Of a DNA stretch of 64,000 nt, positions 9,711 to 19,986 are shown piece after piece. The position numbers were made by a program, and so were the translations under genes. Numbering within the stretch: position 1 is the stretch's first letter; the number at the start of each line of letters is the position of its first letter. A model generated the notes under the pieces. The model ran no database searches, was not told where the DNA came from, and saw only the letters and a program-made list of their open reading frames with translations. This stretch comes from a bacterium (GTDB lineage Bacteria; SAR324; NAC60-12), in the NCBI GenBank assembly GCA_965209155.1, contig OZ242383.1:2816001-2880000 (forward strand), given 5' to 3'.

Positions 9711-10080
9711 ATGCGAACCAGGATTTGAAATTTAATATATAAAATCAATAATTTAATAATTAACCTGAGTTTGAGATAAATCTTCATTAATGAGTATCCT
9801 GGCGTACATGTCATCCCCACTAAACTTGTCCCCACTAAACTTGTCCCCGCGAAGGCGGGGAGCGGGGAGCCAGATTTCTGGCTGCCCGCATACCTCTGAA
9901 TTCCTGGTCAAGCCAGGAATGACAAGGTTTCTCTAAGATACGAAGATTCCATAACATATAGAATTTATTAAATGCTTATCTCGAACTCAGGTTAATTACG
10001 ATGTGTCATGCCGGTCCCGGATCCCCCTGAATTCTGGGTCTTTGCCAGGAATGACACGTTTTTTAACTCCTGGTTCAGGT
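9711..10080. mobile_element. MITE A with element B nested inside
   Basis: A ends GCGAACCAGGA / TCCTGGTTC; the interior is interrupted by B. Confidence 0.8.
9757..9998. mobile_element. MITE-like element B
   Basis: TAATTAACCTGAGTTTGAGATAA ... TTATCTCGAACTCAGGTTAATTA; TAATTA occurs once at the equivalent position of the uninterrupted A copy (1230-1235). Confidence 0.8.
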
Positions 10081-10090
10081 CTGAATGGAT

Positions 10091-10444
10091 TCAGTTTGAA
10101 TCTCTCCCACCGGTCAGCGCACGGCTCACCCCACTGACAAACTGTTGAGCCCAATGGGCTCCCTTCTGCTCGCTCAAGGCTTCGAGTTCTCCCTTGTCGA
10201 GCCACATCCCATGACAGCTCGGGCATTCGTCGATCTCGACTTCGTTGATCAGACGAATAATGAGTTTATCGCCGCACTTCGGACAACGTCCAAGCGCCAG
10301 TTTACGCAGCGATTCTTCCTCTTCCGCCTCCTTTTCCTTTTTCAATTTGGCGACAAGTTCTCTATCTCGTTGCGCGAAATATTGATTTTCCTCGGCATCT
10401 GATTTCTTTTTCAACTTGGAGCCAAGGCTGTCTTTTTTTTCCAT
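10091..10444 (-). CDS. zf-TFIIB-type zinc-ribbon protein
   Basis: CPKC...EIDECPSCHGMWLDKGEL. Confidence 0.85.
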   Translation of the reverse strand: MEKKDSLGSKLKKKSDAEENQYFAQRDRELVAKLKKEKEAEEEESLRKLALGRCPKCGDKLIIRLINEVEIDECPSCHGMWLDKGELEALSEQKGAHWAQQFVSGVSRALTGGRDSN

Positions 10445-10886
10445 GAGAAACCCTGCAGTTTATAGGTTTTCAGAAAGGGAAGCGAAGTACCTGGTTCCAT
10501 CGAGTACGGATCTTCTCACTTGATGGCGGGAATGGTATCTCCTTCCTCTCTCACAAGTTGATAAACTCCAATCACTTTATCAATTTCACACCCTTTGCTA
10601 AATTTTTCAACTCAATTAGTCTTTATTTCAACTTCGGAGTTACGGAAGAAATCGAACATACGGAAAGTATCATAAGGAGACAATAGTTGGACTGACAAAA
10701 GCCATTGAAAATTATCTTAAAAAAGACTGGAACAAAGAGTATCGACGTTATCGGGACCTGAATGATTTATTCTGCAATAATTTGAAAAGGCACAGAAGAA
10801 ATTAAATTTAAAAGAGGTTATCCGACCGAACCCGGCATACAGCCTGCGTGCATTGAAAGAGTATACTTTCAAAGTCACCTCTTTCA

Positions 10887-11081
10887 CTACTTTTTTTTAG
10901 CCCCCTTTTTTTTCCTGGATTTGATATTTTTTGCAGGTTGACTGGATTCTTCTGTCGTTTCCTGGTTAATATATCTTTTCAGGATGGCATTGACTACTTT
11001 GCTTCGTTCCCCGGCGTCGATGTTCTTGATATAGCGCGCGACGTCGATATCCAGGGTGAAATTAAATTTAACTTTATTCAT
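10887..11081 (-). CDS. Small ribbon-helix-helix-like protein
   Basis: KVKFNFTLD strand followed by two helices (RSKVVNAILKRY); GAGG upstream of the start. Confidence 0.6.
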   Translation of the reverse strand: MNKVKFNFTLDIDVARYIKNIDAGERSKVVNAILKRYINQETTEESSQPAKNIKSRKKKGAKKK

Positions 11082-11217
11082 TGAAACCTCATTCTATATA
11101 TTTTATCCAATGCTTCAGACTACTAAAAAAGCATTATATAGCAAGCTGACTTTTGCTTGAAATATATTTTCGTACGATGAAATATGGTGCAGACGAAAGA
11201 CTATTCGATATATTGAA

Positions 11218-11838
11218 GTGAATGCGACACCCTATTGGCTCGAAGCTCGCCAATCACTCGAAAAAGTTGATCCGGTACTTGCTGAATTGATCCGTGCCGC
11301 AAAAGGATCTGTTTTAAGACCGCGCCATGATCCCTTTTTTTCACTGTCACGCTCAATTGTCGCCCAGCAGATTTCGGTTTTTGCCGCAGAATCGGTGTGG
11401 CAAAAACTGCTCACCCATCTCGGTGCCATAACGCCGGAAACAGTGGCAGTTCAAACGGAAGAGAGTTTGCGAAATTGTGGTCTGTCCCGTCCCAAAGCTC
11501 GTTATTTGATCAACCTGGCGGAACAATTCATCAATGGCTCACTCGAGCAAGAGTCGTGGCATCAAATGGACGACGAAGCAGTGATTGAAAACCTCACGCA
11601 AGTGAAGGGCATCGGGCGCTGGACTGCAGAGATGTTTCTGATATTTTATTTGTTGAGACCCGACGTGCTTCCGGTTGCGGATGTTGGAGTACAAAAAGCC
11701 ATTGCAAATCACTTCAATGGTGGGGTACGACTGAATGCGGAAGCAATGATCTCCATTGCTGAACCCTGGCGACCCTGGCGATCGGTAGCCGTTTGGTATC
11801 TTTGGCGCAGCCTCGACGTGGTGCCTGTCGAATACTAG
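11218..11838 (+). CDS. DNA-3-methyladenine glycosylase (HhH-GPD, AlkA-like)
   Basis: IVAQQIS, VKGIGRWTAEMFL, PVAD, WRPWRS. Confidence 0.92.
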   Translation: MNATPYWLEARQSLEKVDPVLAELIRAAKGSVLRPRHDPFFSLSRSIVAQQISVFAAESVWQKLLTHLGAITPETVAVQTEESLRNCGLSRPKARYLINLAEQFINGSLEQESWHQMDDEAVIENLTQVKGIGRWTAEMFLIFYLLRPDVLPVADVGVQKAIANHFNGGVRLNAEAMISIAEPWRPWRSVAVWYLWRSLDVVPVEY

Positions 11839-11932
11839 GAACCAGTTGGGAAAGACGCCCGCCTGCTCGAATTGTCGAATGCTCTCTTTCTGTAAATTTA
11901 TTGATAATCTGAAACCATGAAAGGAATAAAAA

Positions 11933-12541
11933 ATGTTGAAAATCTATCATGTATCGGGAACTCGCTCCTTACGGGTGATCTGGCTTTGTGAAGAGTTGAA
12001 GCACCCTTATGAAGTCGAAGTGATTTCGTTTTCCTCCGAATTTCGCGCAAGTCCGGCATGGAGAAAATTTAATCCGGTGGGTAAGGTACCGGCAATGGTC
12101 GATGGAGAACTCTCTATGTTTGAGTCGGGCGCTATGGTGCAATACGTACTCGATCGCTATGGGAAAGGGAAGTTTCAACCACCTGCCGGAACAAGGGAGC
12201 ATGCCTTGTATTTACAGTGGTCTTGGTTTGCCGAGGCCACGTTTGCGCGCCCTATTGGGGAAATTGTCAACCATCGTCGAGTTTTTCCGGAAAACGAACA
12301 GTCTTCGAAAGTCACTGACGAAATGAAGGCGCGAGCCAGGTTGGCATTGAAAGCAGTTGACGAAGCCATAGCGGGGAAAGAATTTATTTTGGGTTCTTCA
12401 TTCTCGGCTGCGGATATCATGCTCGGTTACTCACTGATGCTCTGTGAAAAATTTGCCCTTTCAGAAGAAAATTCCGAGGCAATCGACTATTGGAAGCGAT
12501 TGCAAAAGCGAGAAGCATGTCAGGTTGCCATCAATGCTTAA
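11933..12541 (+). CDS. Glutathione S-transferase family protein
   Basis: NPVGKVP, FESGA, FSAADI. Confidence 0.92.
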   Translation: MLKIYHVSGTRSLRVIWLCEELKHPYEVEVISFSSEFRASPAWRKFNPVGKVPAMVDGELSMFESGAMVQYVLDRYGKGKFQPPAGTREHALYLQWSWFAEATFARPIGEIVNHRRVFPENEQSSKVTDEMKARARLALKAVDEAIAGKEFILGSSFSAADIMLGYSLMLCEKFALSEENSEAIDYWKRLQKREACQVAINA

Positions 12542-12699
12542 TATCCCCGGTTTGGAGAAGGTCGCTTAGGAGAATGACGACACAGCTGATAGCCGAAAGA
12601 ATAATAATATGCGCACACTTTGCCCTATGGTACCAGGTGGATATGCATTCCAAAGTCGAAGCGCAACGGTTTTTTAGCAGCTGTTGATAAAGAATGTCT

Positions 12700-13239
12700 T
12701 CAATGGAGTTGGTCCTGAAAATCTTTTTTAAACTTTTTCACTTTGGGATTGATGACCATCAGACAATAAGGTTGGTAAGGGTTGTTCAGGTAGTAGTTTT
12801 GGTGATATTCTTCCGCTTGATAAAACGTAGTCAATGGCATGATCTCGGTGACCAGGGGGGCCGGCCATAGCTTGGAGGCCTCGGTTTCCTGTTTTGATCG
12901 TTTGGCAATGATTTTCTGTTCCTCGTCATGGTAAAAAATAGCGGAACGATATTGGCTGCCCACGTCGGCTCCTTGCCGATTCAAAGTAGTCGGGTCGTGC
13001 GTACGCCAGAAAACACTCAGGATACCGGCAAACGAAATCATGCTTGGATCGAATGATATTTGAACGACTTCCGCATGTCCCGTGGTTCCGGTGCAGATTT
13101 GAGAGTAGGTTGGATTTTCGGTCATTCCACCGCTATAACCCGAAATGACCCGTTTCACCCCTTTCAAATTCTGGTAGACTGCTTCTACGCACCAGAAACA
13201 ACCTCCTCCCAGGGTGGCTTTTTCCATTTTGTTCGTCAT
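12700..13239 (-). CDS. msrA: Peptide-methionine (S)-sulfoxide reductase
   Basis: GGGCFWC, GHAEVV, HDPT, AEEYHQNY. Confidence 0.96.
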   Translation of the reverse strand: MTNKMEKATLGGGCFWCVEAVYQNLKGVKRVISGYSGGMTENPTYSQICTGTTGHAEVVQISFDPSMISFAGILSVFWRTHDPTTLNRQGADVGSQYRSAIFYHDEEQKIIAKRSKQETEASKLWPAPLVTEIMPLTTFYQAEEYHQNYYLNNPYQPYCLMVINPKVKKFKKDFQDQLH

Positions 13240-13290
13240 AATCATTCCCCATTGCAATGGCGATTATTCATTCCCGCAAGATTTCATTTG

Positions 13291-14439
13291 CTACAAACGA
13301 TGGAGCCAGGATTTCATTCGCTTGACCGCATCCAGGATTTCTTCCGTTTGCACGCAAAATGAAAATCGCATCGCTCGATGTCCACGAGTTGGATCAAAGT
13401 CAATACCACAAGTCGTGGCAACTCCAGTTTCCTGAAGCAAGTTTTTACAAAAATTTTTGCTGTCATTCGTCAACTTCGTGATGTCGGCATAGATGTAAAA
13501 CGCACCATCGGCAGGAGCCGGTTCCATGCCCATCTCCGAAAGTTCGTTCAGTAGAATTTCGCGATTTTTTCTATAACGTTTGACATGACCCCCTAACTCT
13601 TCGTGGCAGTCAAAGGCGGACAGGGCAGCCCATTGGGAGAGGGTCTGTGGAGAAATGAAAATATTTTGCGCAAGACATTCCACACTGCGTAGTAGGTTGT
13701 CCGGAACAATCATCCAGCCCAAACGCCAACCGGTCATGGAAAAATATTTGGAGAAGCTGTTGATTACAATAACTTCGTCAGAGTGAGTTAACGCGGATAC
13801 TGCCGGAGCGCCGTATGTGATTCCGTGATAAATCTCGTCGGAAATGAGACGAATCCCCTCGCTTCGACAATACCGGCAGAGTATTTCCATTTCAGGGTCA
13901 CCGATCATGGTCCCGGTCGGGTTGGCGGGACTTGCGATTATGAGACCATCCACGGGTTCGGGTAATTGTTCAAGCAGCGCAGGGGTCGGTTGGAAGCGGG
14001 TTTCCGGGCCTGAGCGAATTTCTACCGCCTCCAGCCCCACAGCCTTGAGGAGATTGCTGTAGCAGGCGTAGCCTGGAGCAACGAAAGCAACCCGATCTCC
14101 CACATCAAATGCTGAAAGGAAGGCTAGTAAAAATCCTCCCGAAGAACCGCAGGTTATCACAACATTGTCGGATGAAACATCCAGCGCATAGCGATCCTGG
14201 TAGTGGCGGGCAATTCGTCTGCGTAAAGGATTGATTCCCAAGGCCACGGTATAGCCAATTTTATTATCGTTTAAAATGTTTCTGGCTGCCGCCAAAACCT
14301 TTGAGGGGGCCGGTGTGCTCGGTTGCCCGACTTCCAGGTGAATGACGTCATTTCCCTTTATTTCACGCTCCGCGGCGGCCTGCATGACATCCATGACGAT
14401 AAAAGGAGAGATTTGACCTCGATTTGAGATTTTCAACAT
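13291..14439 (-). CDS. PLP-dependent aminotransferase class I/II
   Basis: SPANPTG, SDEIY, NSFSKYFSMTGWRLG. Confidence 0.95.
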   Translation of the reverse strand: MLKISNRGQISPFIVMDVMQAAAEREIKGNDVIHLEVGQPSTPAPSKVLAAARNILNDNKIGYTVALGINPLRRRIARHYQDRYALDVSSDNVVITCGSSGGFLLAFLSAFDVGDRVAFVAPGYACYSNLLKAVGLEAVEIRSGPETRFQPTPALLEQLPEPVDGLIIASPANPTGTMIGDPEMEILCRYCRSEGIRLISDEIYHGITYGAPAVSALTHSDEVIVINSFSKYFSMTGWRLGWMIVPDNLLRSVECLAQNIFISPQTLSQWAALSAFDCHEELGGHVKRYRKNREILLNELSEMGMEPAPADGAFYIYADITKLTNDSKNFCKNLLQETGVATTCGIDFDPTRGHRAMRFSFCVQTEEILDAVKRMKSWLHRL

Positions 14440-14642
14440 TAGGGGATACCCTGCGATGACAATTGTGTTTGCGCTTCAGAAATATGAGTCGTTTGATTTG
14501 CGAAAGAGTAACTCTTTAGCCAAAAAGAGCAAGAGAGGAGTTACTTTGACAGGAAGGTTGACATGGCTTAGAATACTCAGTAGTGATTTTCTGGAATTTG
14601 AAGCGCCTTTCAAACCTGAAGCTACTGATCAATCTTTTTTAT

Positions 14643-14963
14643 CTAGAAAATTTGTTCATGTGGAACAAATTCATGACGTGGATCACGAGCAATGTGGGAA
14701 GTTGAGATTTCGCTTTCGTCCAAATCCAAATTGATGACATCGGCCGCATTCACGCCTTCCGTTTCCTCTATAAATTTTATTCTATCCGACAATTCGATGA
14801 TTTGAGCTACCTGTTGTTTGCATTGCTCTTGCTGAGTGCTCAATTGCTTCCGCAGGTTGTGAATTTCCTTGATTTTTCTTTCTATCATTTTTTCCAGGAT
14901 TTTAATTGTATCATGGATGACATTGGGCACTGTGCCCATGTTTGGACGAGTCATTTTTTCCAT
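14643..14963 (-). CDS. Hypothetical coiled-coil protein
   Basis: 106-aa ORF with AAGGAG RBS and heptad-like composition. Confidence 0.65.
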   Translation of the reverse strand: MEKMTRPNMGTVPNVIHDTIKILEKMIERKIKEIHNLRKQLSTQQEQCKQQVAQIIELSDRIKFIEETEGVNAADVINLDLDESEISTSHIARDPRHEFVPHEQIF

Positions 14964-15207
14964 CTCCTTGTTCCTGTTTATGAAATAAGATTCCGTACCT
15001 GAACAAAAATGCAGAAACGATGCCTAACTGGAAATGTATAAATTTTCATTGAAAAATTATGCAGTCATCGGAGACGTTGCGTTGAGTTGGATACCGACTC
15101 CCTGAATTTCTGCGCCTGCTTCTTCTTAAGCGACATACCGTAAAAGACATTTCCCCGGGTATCACAAACTGTAGCAATTTGAGTCGGACTGGCAGGGGCG
15201 AATCTAG

Positions 15208-15420
15208 GTTAACCCGAGTTCGAGATAAGAACTCAATCAATTCAATATGTTATGGAATCTTCCTATCTCAGGGTAACCTTTTCGTTCCTGCGAAACTTGT
15301 CCCCGCTAAACTTGTCCCCGCGAAAGCGGGGAGCGGGGAGCAGGAATCCAAGGGATCGAATATGTCATTCCTGGCTTGACCAGGAATTCAGAGGTATGCA
15401 GCCAGACAAGAAACCTGGAA
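15208..15420. repeat. Partial element B, inverted relative to 9757-9998
   Basis: TAACCCGAGTTCGAGATAAG end, tandem AAACTTGTCCCCGC units, TGTCATTCCTGGCTTGACCAGGAA. Confidence 0.75.
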
Positions 15421-15512
15421 AGGAATTTACAGGAAATTCCGAGAAAAGCGAACGTCCCTGTCCAATGTTGCGGAATTAATTTTTCGTACCCACGCGTTGG
15501 CCGAGTCTGAAA

Positions 15513-15533
15513 GCAGACCAGGACGGTCTGCTT
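15513..15533 (-). terminator. Hairpin downstream of the cold-shock gene
   Basis: AGCAGACC-N5-GGTCTGCT. Confidence 0.55.
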
Positions 15534-15551
15534 TGGATCTGTCGGATCGAG

Positions 15552-15746
15552 TTATTTTGCCAATTGGACGTTGACGGCGCATGGCCCCTTGCGTCCTTCT
15601 CCAATATCGAAAGTCACTCTTTCGCCTTCTGCCAGATAACCACCACGTACTTCAGAATGATGCACAAATAGATCCCGGTCATCGTCCTGCTGGATGAATC
15701 CGTAACCTTTCTGCGTGTTGAACCATTTGACTATTCCTTCTTTCAT
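15552..15746 (-). CDS. Cold-shock protein
   Basis: VKWFN.QKGYGFI, LFVHHS. Confidence 0.96.
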   Translation of the reverse strand: MKEGIVKWFNTQKGYGFIQQDDDRDLFVHHSEVRGGYLAEGERVTFDIGEGRKGPCAVNVQLAK

Positions 15747-15904
15747 TACGTTTCCTTTTATATTGGTTGAGTTTTATGTTTTCATTAACGGTTCTCTGAT
15801 TTTTCATATATTTTTCACTTCATGATGTGAAGTGTAAGAGGAGAAACACTTTTTTAACTCGCATGAAAGAATGAAAAATCGGATGGGGTTCCTTTTAAAT
15901 TCAA

Positions 15905-15981
<77 letters not shown>

Positions 15982-15991
15982 GCAATCGAAA

Positions 15992-16067
15992 TGGTGGGCG
16001 CTACAAGGATCGAACTTGTGACCTACGGCTTGTAAGGCCGCCGCTCTCCCAGCTGAGCTAAGCGCCC
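15992..16067 (-). tRNA. tRNA-Val(TAC)
   Basis: GGGCGCT acceptor stem, CTTACAA loop, CCA end. Confidence 0.97.
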
Positions 16068-16094
16068 TTCCCAAGTTTAAATAGAGAATTGCAT

Positions 16095-16123
16095 TTTATA
16101 CAGGAAAATCCCAAACATGGCAA
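16095..16123 (-). promoter_or_regulatory. Promoter of the tRNA-Val/Asp pair
   Basis: TTGCCA, 17-nt spacer, TATAAA on the minus strand. Confidence 0.55.
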
Positions 16124-16238
16124 GTTTTATTTTTTTTTCTGAAGCGTTGGAGGATGAAGCCCAGGCATTTCTTTGCTGCATCGAGGTAGTGGCGCCGGAT
16201 ACGATCGCTTTGAGTTCGAGTTTGTGAGTCAGATTAAT

Positions 16239-16800
16239 TAATCTCATTAAACCACCAGCTCTGCTGGTGCGAACCTAATAGGCTTTGCCGGTCAGACATG
16301 AGAAACGTATCCGTGTCCGTGAGCCGTGCTCGTGCTCGTGAACGGTCAGTGAATTCGACGGCACATTTTGGTTAACATAGAAACAATGCGATGAAGTAAC
16401 TGTTTTCCTTCGTCAAATAAAGGAGGCTGGATGATCTTCAACACGTTTAAAACATCGAGAATAGCAGCGCATTCCATTGCGGAACCTCGGGCAAATGCAT
16501 AGAATCGTTGCTTGTCAGGAAAGGAATTTTTTCCACAGCCTTCTGCGATATTGAGAGGAATCGACCATGAGGCCCTTTTCAGTTGGTCAACTAAGGCTGA
16601 GTATCCTTTTGGCAATGTTTCGATGACTTGGACAGATAACGCTAAAAATTCGATGGAACATTGGTATACATCGAGTTTTTCATGATCTAACATGGCAGCC
16701 TTTTTCGTTCACGAGCACGAGCACGTCTTACGATGACGAACACGTTTTGCCCCCATCCTGGGGGCCTCTTCAAGCCACCGGCTCTGCCGGTGGTGATGAC
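16239..16800 (+). mobile_element. Non-autonomous IS200/IS605-type element C, copy 1
   Basis: 562 bp repeated at 46870-47431; subterminal hairpins CACCAGC-TCT-GCTGGTG and CCACCGGC-TCT-GCCGGTGG; follows TAAT, ends in TGAC, no target duplication. Confidence 0.85.
16346..16693 (-). CDS. Four-helix-bundle protein (23S rRNA IVP family)
   Basis: HEKLDVYQ, DQLKRASWSIPLNIAEG, ARGSAMEC. Confidence 0.93.
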   Translation of the reverse strand: MLDHEKLDVYQCSIEFLALSVQVIETLPKGYSALVDQLKRASWSIPLNIAEGCGKNSFPDKQRFYAFARGSAMECAAILDVLNVLKIIQPPLFDEGKQLLHRIVSMLTKMCRRIH

Positions 16801-16811
16801 TATAAAATGAA

Positions 16812-16945
16812 ATGTCATATAGGTCCCGGATCATCCCGGACTCGATCCGGGACCAGGATGATCCGGGAGCAGGATGTCGCCCGTATTCCCCTGGATTCCT
16901 GGTCAAGCCAGGAATGACACGTTTATTCAATTCTTAATTTGCGTA
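16812..16945. repeat. Degenerate right part of element A
   Basis: CCCGGACTCGATCCGGG, GGATTCCTGGTCAAGCCAGGAATGACAC, decayed terminal repeat. Confidence 0.7.
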
Positions 16946-17030
16946 ATTTTTATAATTTTATCAAACTGACAATAAATAATGGTTTTATACGACCGGACAG
17001 GCAAAAAAAGAAAAAATATTTTTTTCATTG

Positions 17031-17055
17031 AAATAGTACCAAACAGGTGCTATTT
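17031..17055. promoter_or_regulatory. Putative Rrf2/IscR operator
   Basis: AAATAGTACC-AAACA-GGTGCTATTT palindrome overlapping a TTGAAA-17-TATTTT promoter upstream of the Rrf2 gene. Confidence 0.65.
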
Positions 17056-17130
17056 TATAAAATACGGAGTGAAAAAAGACTGAGAGATTCTACATCTTAG
17101 CAGGTATACCATTTCAGCCAACGGGTCCGA

Positions 17131-17586
17131 TTGTTAAAATTATCCAAAAAAACCGATTACGCAATTATTTTGTTGAGTCACCTGGCGGTCAACAATAACC
17201 CGGTGAGCACCCAGGAGTTGTCGAGAACTTATCATCTTCCCCAAGCGATGGTGGCGAATATTTTAAAACAACTCGCTTCTTCGCAAATTATAGAATCAAA
17301 ACGGGGGCAGCTGGGAGGGTATTCGTTGATTCGGGAACCGGAGAGCCTTTCCATTGCCGAGATTGTTCAGGTCACCGACAATCCATTCTTTTTAGTGGAA
17401 TGCGCCCATGACAGTGAAGAATGCGCGTGTAAAATTATCCCCTGGTGTCCCACCCAGGATCCCTTGATTGCTTTACACAAACAAATTGAGACATTCATGA
17501 GATCCCTGACACTCGATCAGGTGATCCACCATCCACAATTCGATAACGAAAGGAGATCAATCAATGAAGCTGCCCATTTATCTTGA
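17131..17586 (+). CDS. Rrf2-family regulator (IscR-like)
   Basis: [14 protein letters not shown], Cys cluster; heads the isc operon. Confidence 0.92.
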   Translation: MLKLSKKTDYAIILLSHLAVNNNPVSTQELSRTYHLPQAMVANILKQLASSQIIESKRGQLGGYSLIREPESLSIAEIVQVTDNPFFLVECAHDSEECACKIIPWCPTQDPLIALHKQIETFMRSLTLDQVIHHPQFDNERRSINEAAHLS

Positions 17587-18778
17587 CTATCACGCTACCA
17601 CACCCATGGATGAACGAGTTTTGCAAGCCATGTTGCCCTATTTCTCGGAAACTTTTGGAAATGCTGCAAGTCGTAACCATGTCTTTGGCTGGCAAGCAGA
17701 AGAAATAGTAGGGGAAGCCCGAGATCGAATCGCATTCATTATAGGCGCGAGTGGCAGAGATATCGTATTCACCAGTGGTGCCACTGAATCGGATAACCTC
17801 GCTTTGCAGGGGGTTGCTGAATTTAATAAAGGAAAAGGCAACCATCTCATCACGGTTCCCACTGAGCACAAAGCCATTTTGGATACGTGTCATTACTTGG
17901 AGCAAAAAGGCTTTGAAGTGACCTATTTGAATGTGAACAAATATGGAGAGATCGATCTGCAACAATTGCAGGATGAAATCAAGGATGGTACGATTTTAGT
18001 GAGTATCATGGCGGCCAACAATGAAATCGGCACGATTCAACCTCTCAAGGAAATCGGCGCAATCACTCGTTCCAAAGGGGTATTGTTCCATTGCGACGCT
18101 ACCCAGGGTATCGGGAAAATACCGATCGACGTGGAAGAGATGAATATCGATTTGCTTTCCATGACAGCCCATAAAATATATGGTCCCAAAGGGATAGGCG
18201 CCCTGTTTGCACGCAGGAAGAGACCGCGGGTGCGACTCTCTCCTATCATCCACGGGGGGGGCCATGAACGTGGAATGCGTTCAGGGACCCTCAATGTCTC
18301 AGGCATAGTCGGCTTTGCGAAAGCCATTGAAATCTGCCAGGCTGAAATGGATTCGGAAGGCGAGCGCCTGGTCAATTTGCGGGAACGGCTCTATAAAAAT
18401 CTGAGGGATAAACTCGATTATGTGTTTTTAAACGGTCATCCCACTCGAAGACTTCCCGGTAATTTGAACCTCAGTTTCGCATACGTGGAGGGAGAATCTC
18501 TGATTATGGGAATCAGCGACATCGCCGTTTCTTCGGGTTCCGCTTGCACCTCTGCCAGTTTGGAACCATCTTATGTCCTCAGGGCGCTGGGAGTGGGAGA
18601 TGAATTGGCGCACAGTTCGATTCGCTTCGGCTTGGGACGCTTCACCAGCGTGGAGGAAATTGATTATACCGCAGAAAAAGTGATCGCAACGGTCAGCCGC
18701 TTGCGAGAAATGTCACCACTGTATGAGATGGTTTGTGAGGGCACCGATCTCTCTACAGTGAATTGGACTTCTCATTGA
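17564..18778 (+). CDS. iscS: Cysteine desulfurase
   Basis: [32 protein letters not shown]. Confidence 0.97.
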   Translation: MKLPIYLDYHATTPMDERVLQAMLPYFSETFGNAASRNHVFGWQAEEIVGEARDRIAFIIGASGRDIVFTSGATESDNLALQGVAEFNKGKGNHLITVPTEHKAILDTCHYLEQKGFEVTYLNVNKYGEIDLQQLQDEIKDGTILVSIMAANNEIGTIQPLKEIGAITRSKGVLFHCDATQGIGKIPIDVEEMNIDLLSMTAHKIYGPKGIGALFARRKRPRVRLSPIIHGGGHERGMRSGTLNVSGIVGFAKAIEICQAEMDSEGERLVNLRERLYKNLRDKLDYVFLNGHPTRRLPGNLNLSFAYVEGESLIMGISDIAVSSGSACTSASLEPSYVLRALGVGDELAHSSIRFGLGRFTSVEEIDYTAEKVIATVSRLREMSPLYEMVCEGTDLSTVNWTSH

Positions 18779-18873
18779 TATGGAATTATCGAGTAAAAAC
18801 GATACAGGATATTTTCGAGCAGAATGCTCATTCCCGTATCACAGCATTAAATTGAATCTTGGAAAGGAACAAA

Positions 18874-19254
18874 ATGGCGTACAGTGATAAAGTCGTGGAC
18901 CACTACAACGAACCTCGTAATGTGGGAAGCTTCTCGAAAGAGGAAGAAAATGTCGGAACGGGATTGGTAGGAGCTCCCGAATGTGGTGATGTGATGAAAC
19001 TTCAGATCAAAGTCGAAGAGGATCGCATTGTGGATGCGAAATTCAAAACCTTTGGCTGTGGATCGGCCATTGCCAGTTCCAGTTTGGCAACGGAATGGAT
19101 AAAGGGTAGAACCATCAATGACGCGCTGACCATCAAAAATACCGACATTGTGGAAGAATTGTCTTTGCCTCCTGTCAAAATCCATTGTTCGGTCTTAGCG
19201 GAAGATGCGATTCGTTCTGCGATCAAGGACTACCAGGAGCGTGAAAATAACTAG
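18874..19254 (+). CDS. iscU: Fe-S scaffold protein
   Basis: MAYSDKVVDHY, CGDVM, FGCGSA, LPPVKIHC. Confidence 0.97.
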   Translation: MAYSDKVVDHYNEPRNVGSFSKEEENVGTGLVGAPECGDVMKLQIKVEEDRIVDAKFKTFGCGSAIASSSLATEWIKGRTINDALTIKNTDIVEELSLPPVKIHCSVLAEDAIRSAIKDYQERENN

Positions 19255-19347
19255 AAAGCTTCAACCTTCATGTAAATAGTTCAAATCCGGGAGACTGAAA
19301 AATCAGGAACATTTCCGGATTATCATGGAAATCATCTCATTCTACGA

Positions 19348-19986
19348 ATGCATTCCCGAGAATCATCCGTACAGGCTGTTTGTATGGGGTGTCAAACCAC
19401 GATGGCGACACCCCTTTTTTGTTTTGCTTGCAATTCCATCCAACGCCTTAACGCCAAACCCAATTATTTCGAGATTTTCAACCTGGCTTACCGCTACGAC
19501 CTGGACTTGGAGGAGTTGGAAAATCGTTATCAAAAGCTCTCTATGGAATTACATCCTGATTTTTATATCAGCGCTTCTTCCTTCGAGAAAAAACAAAGTC
19601 AGGAATCTTCAACGTTACTGAACCACGCATACAGTACCCTACGATCCCCCATTGCCCGTGCTGAATACCTGTTAAAGTTGCTGGCTCATGAGCAACGATT
19701 TGACCGGCGGCAACTGCCGAATGGATTTTTGGAAAAAATCTTTTTATTGCAGGAATCTTTAGAAGATTGGCTGACGCAAGATCCTCATTCTCCGGAAGTG
19801 AAAAAATTTCGTGTCGAGATTGAGAAAAATCTGGATCAAATCCGCCTGAAGATTTCATCTCACTACGCCCAGTTGGAAAAAATCTCGGCAAGACGGGAAG
19901 AAGTATTGCCAAAAATTCAACTCCAACTCAACGCAGGACGTTATTTCCAGAGTTTGCTCGATCGTATCAACAGGAGATTATCATGA
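19348..19986 (+). CDS. hscB: Fe-S co-chaperone
   Basis: N-terminal CxxC-x8-CxxC, J-domain HPD motif, RAEYLL. Confidence 0.92.
   Translation: MHSRESSVQAVCMGCQTTMATPLFCFACNSIQRLNAKPNYFEIFNLAYRYDLDLEELENRYQKLSMELHPDFYISASSFEKKQSQESSTLLNHAYSTLRSPIARAEYLLKLLAHEQRFDRRQLPNGFLEKIFLLQESLEDWLTQDPHSPEVKKFRVEIEKNLDQIRLKISSHYAQLEKISARREEVLPKIQLQLNAGRYFQSLLDRINRRLS

Noticed and set aside
10673..10805. Possible 40-aa ORF after TAAGGAG
   Set aside because: Only an ATA start too close to the RBS; no recognisable motif
15090..15190. CCGACTC/GAGTCGG inverted repeat as an ncRNA
   Set aside because: A single short helix with no further support
16346..16693. Four-helix-bundle gene as DGR Avd or as a 23S rRNA intervening sequence
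   Set aside because: No reverse transcriptase, template/variable repeat pair or rRNA sequence is visible in the window
16709..16930. Short ORFs with VIPGLTRNP-like peptides (also 9996-10226, 15179-15479, 47401-47725)
   Set aside because: They are translations of palindromic repeats, not credible genes
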